Position numbers and translations under genes: made by a program. A model generated the notes under the pieces. The model did no database searches and was not told where the DNA came from. It saw only the letters and a list, made by a program, of their open reading frames with translations. A DNA stretch of 64,000 bases from an uncultured archaeon. GTDB taxonomy: Archaea; Iainarchaeota; Iainarchaeia; Iainarchaeales; JAAZKV01. This document shows, piece after piece, positions 57,318 to 64,000 of the stretch (position 1 is the first letter of the stretch; the number at the start of each line of letters is the position of its first letter). The stretch is from positions 41,065 through 105,064 of the forward strand of contig CABMEU010000029.1 of the NCBI GenBank assembly GCA_902385225.1, written 5' to 3'.

Positions 57318-58679
57318 TTAAGAAAATAAATACTCTTTTGCCTCTTTAAACACTCTTACAATATTAAATGATTTTATCAGCATAAAAGAAACATGCCGGG
57401 TGCTTTTGAAGAACAAAAGGCTAGTGTATATTGGCAGCGTGTATGAAATTACTGTGGCAAGAGCCGCCCCGTTGATTCCGTAAAGCGGAATGAGAATCAA
57501 ATTCAGAATTATATTTGTCACCGCTCCGAAGAATGAGATAAAAAACAAAGTTTTCAATTTGTTCTCATTAATAAGATACTTTTCCAAAATAAACTTTACC
57601 GATATTGCAAGAGCGCTCCAAACAATAATTGAGAGGGTGAATCCTGCTGAGAGATATTCGGAGCCGTATAAAACATATATTATAAAGTCCGAGAAGAAGA
57701 AAATTGGGACCATGAATAAGAATGGCGCCCAAGTCATTAAATCAAAAACTTTCTGCAAGCGAGAGTGGTAAATAATAGCTGATATTTTCTTTGACCTGAC
57801 TAGGGTCGGGAATACCGAAACGCTGATTAATCCCGGGATAAATACAAACAACTCGGATATTTTTACCGCCACCGAATAAAGTCCCACTTCATAATCATTC
57901 ATCATAAATCCAAGCATTACCTGGTCGATTCTTAGATAGATTATTACCATCGCGCCCGAGAAGATGAGCGGCCAGCTGGATGAAATCAGTCTTTTTGCCA
58001 AACCAAAATCAAATTTCCATAAGAACAAGCTTTGTTTGTCTTTAAAGTATGAGTAAAAAATAAAAGAGATTCTGACTATTGTGTCAAAAAGGCTCGCGAT
58101 TACAATAAATATCAGGCTGAAGTTCAGAAGAATAAATACTATCTTAAGCAGATTGGAAACAATAAGCCCGCCGGTTCTTGAAATCACAATTGTTTTTGAC
58201 TCAATTTTTGATTCAAACCAAAATGAGGGCAGGTCAAATGCGGATATAACATAACCTAGCGAGAATACAAATACCACCCAGAACGACAGCATATCAAGCG
58301 GGCGGAGAATCAGAATGAACACGCACATTAATGCCATTGAAATAGTTCCTGTGATGAATTGAATCCAAAAAGTTGTTCCAAATAAAACGTTTCTCTTTTT
58401 TGGAAAATTAATGAGTTCGCGGACAAGTATTGATGAAACCCCCAGTCCCACAAACGGACCAAAAAGAGAGGTAAACGCAATCGCAAAATTCATCAGTCCA
58501 AAATCGCTTGGTCCAAGGTATCTTGCAACCCAAAGCCCGACCAAAAGTGACACTACTAGCTGCAGTATTCTGTCGGCGGTCAGCCAGCTTACGCTGAAAA
58601 CTATTTTTTTCAGCTCGGGGCGCAAAAACAGCTTCTCTTTTACGAAAAGAATCTTTCCCACTATACCTTTTTTGGCCAT
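57318..58679 (-). CDS. Wzx-type polysaccharide flippase
   Basis: ARYLGPSDFG, RIDQVML, VGLYSVA, LIPLYGINGAA. Confidence 0.92.
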   Translation of the reverse strand: MAKKGIVGKILFVKEKLFLRPELKKIVFSVSWLTADRILQLVVSLLVGLWVARYLGPSDFGLMNFAIAFTSLFGPFVGLGVSSILVRELINFPKKRNVLFGTTFWIQFITGTISMALMCVFILILRPLDMLSFWVVFVFSLGYVISAFDLPSFWFESKIESKTIVISRTGGLIVSNLLKIVFILLNFSLIFIVIASLFDTIVRISFIFYSYFKDKQSLFLWKFDFGLAKRLISSSWPLIFSGAMVIIYLRIDQVMLGFMMNDYEVGLYSVAVKISELFVFIPGLISVSVFPTLVRSKKISAIIYHSRLQKVFDLMTWAPFLFMVPIFFFSDFIIYVLYGSEYLSAGFTLSIIVWSALAISVKFILEKYLINENKLKTLFFISFFGAVTNIILNLILIPLYGINGAALATVISYTLPIYTSLLFFKSTRHVSFMLIKSFNIVRVFKEAKEYLFS

Positions 58680-58730
58680 AATTAAATGAGCTATAATAAG
58701 ATATAAATACTCAGTTAGTACAAAGTAAAT

Positions 58731-59417
58731 TTACTGTTTGAAGACATAAAGAAATACTGCGCCTTTTAGTTCAATAGGAAGCCAGAACAGAAGAGCTTTT
58801 TTTATTCTTGAATTAGGGTGGGAAACATAATAGCTGTCAAGTTTTAGCCCCGCTCTTCTTGATAGTTCAAGAGCCAAAGAAGGCGTGACCCATGAGATGT
58901 GCTCAAGGTTTGCCACTACCGTTCCCTCAGCAGGAATTCTAAGTATTGTTCCTATAAAATACGGGTTTGGGGTGGAGACTAAAATCTGCCCGTTTTTCTC
59001 AAGATGCCTTTTTGCAAACTTCAATAATTTAACCGGGTCATTTACATGCTCAATAACGTCCCCGATATTTACAATATCAAACTTTTCGCCAAGATATTTA
59101 TCTGACGTCGCGTCGGCAAACATGCAGTTATACCCCTCTTTTTTCAGATAACTAATTAGCTCTTTATTAATATCAATTCCAAGGCAGTACTTCGCAAGCT
59201 TGGATATTTTTCTGTGGCTCCATGAATCTGATTTAATGTGGGCTATTGAGTGCTCGCAGATTCCAATATCTAAAACTCTTTTTCCCTCAATTTTCTTTAG
59301 AACCAGTTCCTTAAGATTTCCTTTTTTATTTATTATTCTGTGCGCAAGCAGATATTCGTGCGCTTTATCAGAATCCGATTTATCAAGCGGATTATTGCTC
59401 TTGTCTGCCCAGCTCAT
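58731..59417 (-). CDS. Class I SAM methyltransferase (glycan-cluster type)
   Basis: VLDIG, FDIVNIGDVIEHV, STPN. Confidence 0.88.
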   Translation of the reverse strand: MSWADKSNNPLDKSDSDKAHEYLLAHRIINKKGNLKELVLKKIEGKRVLDIGICEHSIAHIKSDSWSHRKISKLAKYCLGIDINKELISYLKKEGYNCMFADATSDKYLGEKFDIVNIGDVIEHVNDPVKLLKFAKRHLEKNGQILVSTPNPYFIGTILRIPAEGTVVANLEHISWVTPSLALELSRRAGLKLDSYYVSHPNSRIKKALLFWLPIELKGAVFLYVFKQ

Positions 59418-59538
59418 AGCTGAATAAACAAAAAACGAATTTAAATAGCTTTCTTCAAAATTAATCGCACTTAATTAGGTGCCTATTCGGTTGCTCGCCT
59501 GCGGATAGAAATAAATTCTCATCCGCGAAATAGTCTTC

Positions 59539-60540
59539 TTATATTTTAGGAATGTAAAATGTGCATTTCTCGCACACTTTTGGAATAGTTCCATTTTCAA
59601 ATCCAGCCAAGATAGAATCATACTTTTCTGAGTTAAATGCTTCCTTCAGAGTCATCTTTAGAATATTTCCAACAATTAATTCATCATCAAAAGTTTTCAA
59701 CACTCTGCATCCGCACGCCCTTATGTTTCCGTTCGGGAGAATTGAGAATCCAAATAAGTTCTGGCAGGGGTATTTCTTAATTTTTGGCGCGCCGCTCATA
59801 GTTTGAAATCCAATAAGGTCCTTCTTTGAAATAGACCCTCCCCAGTTATCATATGCCGTCAAATAATCCATTTTGAATAGGCCCTTCTGGTAATATTCCC
59901 AAAAAGGGGTTTTTTTCATATCTTTTATGATTTTATTAAATTCCCTCATGGGTCTAAACGAAAGCTGGATATTGATTTTCTTATTTCTTTTTATTAATTC
60001 CAAAATGGCATCTAATTTCTGCCTGCACTGCTCCTCTGATACTTGAAACACTTTGGATTCATACAGGGGGATTACATCAGCCACATCAATTAGTATGGTC
60101 TCAAGTTTGGAACTGAGGATTTTGTCAATATTATTTTTAATTAAAAATCCGTTTGTGTAAAAAGAGCAGGTCATTTTGTTTTCGTAAATATAATCTATTT
60201 TCTCAAATAATCCATTGTCAAGCAGCGGTTCTCCAATCATGGGTGTTAAGCCGATGGAAGTAATTCCCAGCTCTTTAAATTCATCAACAGCTTTTTTGAA
60301 TATTTCAAAAGGCATGATTCCTCTTTCGCTCTCAATGTGCCGATTAGCGCAGAATGTGCAGTTCGCGTTGCAATAGGTGGATGGGAATATTCCTCCGCCA
60401 AGGAGCTCTTTTTTGTATTTCTTTCCTGTTGCCAAAGCGGTTATGCTTTTGCAGTCCTCAATGATAAACTTATTTTTATAATATATTTTCTTCGCATTGC
60501 AAAAATTATATTTTAAAAAGTCGGATATTTCTTTATTCAT
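59539..60540 (-). CDS. Radical SAM/SPASM(twitch) protein
   Basis: CNANCTFC, GEPLL, YTNG, C-terminal PC..ACGC...CEKC. Confidence 0.88.
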   Translation of the reverse strand: MNKEISDFLKYNFCNAKKIYYKNKFIIEDCKSITALATGKKYKKELLGGGIFPSTYCNANCTFCANRHIESERGIMPFEIFKKAVDEFKELGITSIGLTPMIGEPLLDNGLFEKIDYIYENKMTCSFYTNGFLIKNNIDKILSSKLETILIDVADVIPLYESKVFQVSEEQCRQKLDAILELIKRNKKINIQLSFRPMREFNKIIKDMKKTPFWEYYQKGLFKMDYLTAYDNWGGSISKKDLIGFQTMSGAPKIKKYPCQNLFGFSILPNGNIRACGCRVLKTFDDELIVGNILKMTLKEAFNSEKYDSILAGFENGTIPKVCEKCTFYIPKI

Positions 60541-60642
60541 TTTGAAGCACTTCCATGCAGGGTTTAATCACATTCAGCCGGTATCAGTTAAGAATTAATT
60601 GAATAGTGTAATTATTTAAACAACAACTAACTACTATGTGTC

Positions 60643-61332
60643 GTGAGTTTAATGCTGGCAAAATTACAAAAAGCGACAGATAAAGTATTCTCAGTGCTCT
60701 CTGATTTAAATCACGCAAATATATATTACTCGCAGACTGGGGAAGATATAATATTGAGGGATATTTTTTGGAAAAAAGATAATGGGTTTTATGTGGATAT
60801 TGGGGCTCATCACCCGAAAAGATTCTCCAATACTTATTTATTGTATAAAAAGGGGTGGAGCGGAATTAATGTTGATGCTGATAAAAGAAGCATTGAGCTT
60901 TTCTTGCGGCACCGAAAAAGGGACATTAATTTGAATTTGGCGGTTTCGGATAAAAAGCGCGAGTTGGAATTCTTTGAGTTTAACGACGGGGCAATAAATA
61001 CTTTTTCGCAGGAAGAAGCAAAAAGAATAGCGCTGTCAAGAAAAGAAACTCCTAAGAAATATTCTCTTCAAACAGTCACTTTGAAGTATTTGCTTGACAC
61101 CTATCTTCCAAAAGACAAAAATATTGATTTGCTGACAATAGATATTGAGGGATTTGACGAGAAAGCCCTTAAATCGAATGACTGGAAAAAGTACAGGCCG
61201 AATTATATTCTCGTGGAAATGTTTGACAGTCCGTTCAAAAAAGAACACAAGTCAATAATTAAATTACTTGAAAGAAACGGATATGAGTTTTACGCGAAAA
61301 CTAATATAACTGCGATATTCAAAAGAAAATAA
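60643..61332 (+). CDS. FkbM-family methyltransferase
   Basis: YSQTGED, FYVDIGAHHP..SNT, IDIEGFD. Confidence 0.92.
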   Translation: MSLMLAKLQKATDKVFSVLSDLNHANIYYSQTGEDIILRDIFWKKDNGFYVDIGAHHPKRFSNTYLLYKKGWSGINVDADKRSIELFLRHRKRDINLNLAVSDKKRELEFFEFNDGAINTFSQEEAKRIALSRKETPKKYSLQTVTLKYLLDTYLPKDKNIDLLTIDIEGFDEKALKSNDWKKYRPNYILVEMFDSPFKKEHKSIIKLLERNGYEFYAKTNITAIFKRK

Positions 61333-61461
61333 ACGCGCCGTCCAAGAAGTGCCGGTGGTTAATGCAAGTTCTCCTAAGAATAAGTCCTGTTCTTGGCGTG
61401 ATAAACTCTCAAAATAGTTTTGCGGGTAGATATTTATACTGCTTTTTTCATACTAAACTGC

Positions 61462-62802
61462 ATGAATACATTTAGTTTTCGGGCGCAGGGTACCGCCGAG
61501 TACTTGGTGATAATAGGGGTAATCGTTGTTATTTCCCTTGCGGTAATTGGGCTGTTAAACTCCCAATCAACTTCTATTGAAAGTGTTTCAGGAAACTCTT
61601 CTCAAGTAAAGCAAAAAATCGGGGTTTATGGGGTAAGTATTGTTGATGCTATCGGGGGGCTGGATGAGAACGGGCTGCTCGTTTTGAGTAACACAAGCGG
61701 AGAGAATTTCACTGTGACAAATATTAATGTGGATGGGGTGGATCATGAATATTCTAATTTGGTTTTCTCTGGAGAATCAAAGCCATTCAAATTGCAGAGC
61801 ATTCTTGCGTGCGAGGGCGCCAGCAGAAATTATTCCATAAAAATTTATTATACGAGCTCCACCGGACTTGAGAAAGTGGCTGATTTTGATAAAATATCTA
61901 TTGACTGTGCCTTAGCTGTGACTGGAAATACAGTTTTTGTTGAAGAGGGTTTGGATTTTACTCCCCCTTCAATTAATTTGTATTCTCCTGCGGATAATAA
62001 TTCAATATCCTCCGCGGACAGCAATGTTGAATTTATTTTCAGTTCCGACCAGGATACGAACGCATGCTATTTGTATGTTCAGGACGAGGGGGTTTGGAAT
62101 ATTGCGGATCAAAATCTCTCAACGGTTCTTGCGGACAGTAATTACTATATGGACGCGAACATTGCATATTTTGGGGAAGGAGATCATTATTGGGATGTGA
62201 ATTGCACTGATACTAATGGTCTTGTGGGAACGGCGGCTGATAGAAACATTAATTATACCGCGCCGGTAGTACAGGGAGCTTCTTTTACAAATCTTCTAAC
62301 AAATCCAGGAATGGAAACTGGCACTTACACCGGGTGGACGCCGAGCATAACTGCGCAAGTTGCGGGGGCATGCACTTGGAACGGGCTTGTTCTTTGCATT
62401 GACACTGGTCCGCTGTATGAAGGAAATTATAGTGTTCGTTTTAGCTATAATCCCGCAACGCTAAGCCAGGAAATTGATTTGGTTTCAAAGGGTTATGCGG
62501 CAAATTATCTTGACACCTCTCCTGATGTGAATATCGTGGATCATGTTATTGGATATTTTAACACTTCAGATTATTACCGGCTTAAAGTGGAATTAAGAAA
62601 CTCAAGCCATGGTGTGATAACAAGTTACAACACGGGGATTCTGACTTCCTCAGGAAGCTGGGCTACAATAAATTATTTATTCAGCGGTTATGCGTCCGGA
62701 CTGAGATACATTTATTTTGAGAGATATGGTGATGATGTTGAGTCTTGGGGCGGCTCATACGGCCCGGTTTTTAACGGCGCCGCGGTTTATTTTACTGAGT
62801 GA
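61462..62802 (+). CDS. Class III signal peptide (pilin-like) surface protein with Ig-like and C-terminal FBA-like lectin domain
   Basis: RAQGTAEYLVIIGVIVV; C-terminal NLLTNP...SQEIDL...GLRYIYF...WGGSYGP. Confidence 0.8.
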   Translation: MNTFSFRAQGTAEYLVIIGVIVVISLAVIGLLNSQSTSIESVSGNSSQVKQKIGVYGVSIVDAIGGLDENGLLVLSNTSGENFTVTNINVDGVDHEYSNLVFSGESKPFKLQSILACEGASRNYSIKIYYTSSTGLEKVADFDKISIDCALAVTGNTVFVEEGLDFTPPSINLYSPADNNSISSADSNVEFIFSSDQDTNACYLYVQDEGVWNIADQNLSTVLADSNYYMDANIAYFGEGDHYWDVNCTDTNGLVGTAADRNINYTAPVVQGASFTNLLTNPGMETGTYTGWTPSITAQVAGACTWNGLVLCIDTGPLYEGNYSVRFSYNPATLSQEIDLVSKGYAANYLDTSPDVNIVDHVIGYFNTSDYYRLKVELRNSSHGVITSYNTGILTSSGSWATINYLFSGYASGLRYIYFERYGDDVESWGGSYGPVFNGAAVYFTE

Positions 62803-62838
62803 ATTTTCTGGCTAATATTTTTTAGCTGATTAATTATC

Positions 62839-63999
62839 TCATTCGTATCGTAGTGCTTCCACTGGTCTTAATTTTGATGCGGCTCTTGCGGGCATTATGC
62901 CTGAGAGGATTCCGACTACTGTTGAAAGTAGAATTGCGACTATAACAAGTTCCGGTGTAACAAGCGTCATTGTTCCTCCTCTGGCACCCGGAATCGCAAT
63001 TATTCCTATTGAGGACATTCCAAGCGAGGCAATCCACCCTATAATTACTCCTATTACTCCTCCAAAAAATCCGAATAAGCCTGATTCAAACAAAAATATC
63101 ATAAGCACTTCGTTATTCTTTGCTCCGAGGGCTTTTAGTATCCCGATTTGTTTTGTTTTCTCAAGCACTGAAGTGAACATGCTGTTTGCTACTCCTATCG
63201 CTCCAACGATGAGCGAGATTGCGGCTATTGCGCTTAGGAACAGCGTGAGTGTGCCTGTTACCGAGCTGACTTGTTCTTTTATCGCAAGCGCGGAAGTTAT
63301 TGTAAAGTCCTGGCTTTTTTCATTTACTTTTCTTGAAAGGAGAAGCATATCTGTGAGGGTAGCGGTTGTTCCTTCTACTACATCCGCAGAGATTGTTTTT
63401 ACTTGTATTGTGGAGTATTCGCCGTAATTTATATCCGCTGAGAGCACATTCCATGCTGATGTCTGGCTCATGATGATTGTTCCGTCGCTTCCCCCGCCGC
63501 CCATCCCTGAGCCTGATGCTTTTAGTATTCCTACTACTACGAATGGCTTGTCCTCAACTATCAGCTGTTTTCCGACAGTGATTGGCTGTTTAAACATTGA
63601 ATTTGCTACGCGGTCGCCGATTACAATTCCAGAAGCATCGCTTGTTGTGAGAAATCTTCCCGCCGCGAGTGTTGAACTTGAGATATCGGGCCAGGTAAGT
63701 GGATTGACTCCTTCAATGCTCGCATTTACTTTCTCCGCAAGGAAAACAACCGCGCCTCGTCCTGAAACTATTTCATTTACTGATTTGACATTTTGGTCTG
63801 AGAGAATAACTTGCGCGTCTCTCTTTGTGAGTGTGGGTGTCTTGGTTGTGGTTGAAGTGCTTCTGGTTGTAGTTCTTCCCCCGCCGGCTATATCAAACCC
63901 GCCTTCTCTAAAATTCCCCCCAAATCCTCCTGCTCTGCTGTAACCCGGACTTATTGTTATAACATCAGCTCCGAGGCCGGAGAGTTGCGCGTTAACACT
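62839..63999 (-). CDS. MacB/FtsX-type ABC permease (5' end outside the window)
   Basis: ISLIVGAIGVANSMFTSVLEKTKQIGILKALGA, PARAASKLRPVEALRYE; frame stays open to the window edge. Confidence 0.93.
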   Translation of the reverse strand, partial: SVNAQLSGLGADVITISPGYSRAGGFGGNFREGGFDIAGGGRTTTRSTSTTTKTPTLTKRDAQVILSDQNVKSVNEIVSGRGAVVFLAEKVNASIEGVNPLTWPDISSSTLAAGRFLTTSDASGIVIGDRVANSMFKQPITVGKQLIVEDKPFVVVGILKASGSGMGGGGSDGTIIMSQTSAWNVLSADINYGEYSTIQVKTISADVVEGTTATLTDMLLLSRKVNEKSQDFTITSALAIKEQVSSVTGTLTLFLSAIAAISLIVGAIGVANSMFTSVLEKTKQIGILKALGAKNNEVLMIFLFESGLFGFFGGVIGVIIGWIASLGMSSIGIIAIPGARGGTMTLVTPELVIVAILLSTVVGILSGIMPARAASKLRPVEALRYE

Positions 64000-64000
64000 T

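Noticed and set aside
56596-62802. Diversity-generating retroelement TR/VR pair (repeat matching the 3' end of a lectin-like gene)
   Set aside because: No reverse transcriptase in the window; differences are not restricted to adenines (GGA vs GTT, GGA vs GAG); the copy also includes the gene's promoter and start

Overview
Gene-dense, AT-rich archaeal chromosome segment. Archaeal markers include TFB, histone, Rps8e, Rpl40e, Dph5, FEN1, Hef, RNase HII, DGGGP synthase and a form III RuBisCO. The mix of these with bacterial-type LeuRS and Adk and many orphan genes suggests a DPANN archaeon, possibly Iainarchaeota/Diapherotrites (inference only). Most of the window is housekeeping. Five things stand out. 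(1) At 0.1-5.2 kb, a locus with two RimK/LysX ATP-grasp paralogs, a MATCAP/DUF1704-type carboxypeptidase, a RimK-associated aspartic protease, a GNAT and a LysW-like acidic-tailed zinc ribbon: a candidate reversible peptide-tagging system. (2) Directly after tRNA-Glu(UUC), a three-gene operon of nucleotide kinase, large radical SAM and N-terminally truncated RlmN-like methyltransferase: a candidate modified-nucleotide or defence pathway. (3) A pilin-type surface protein ending in a eukaryote-like FBA (Fbs1/FBXO6) glycan-binding domain, with an in-frame 32-codon mosaic mini-copy about 5 kb upstream; the two bracket a glycan-modification cassette. (4) About a dozen dispersed, very basic orphan genes with Arg/Lys/Pro-rich N-termini. 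(5) Structured intergenic elements, including a two-hairpin candidate ncRNA near 48.1 kb. No CRISPR array, integrase, transposase or reverse transcriptase was seen. All family calls come from motif recognition by eye, not database searches.
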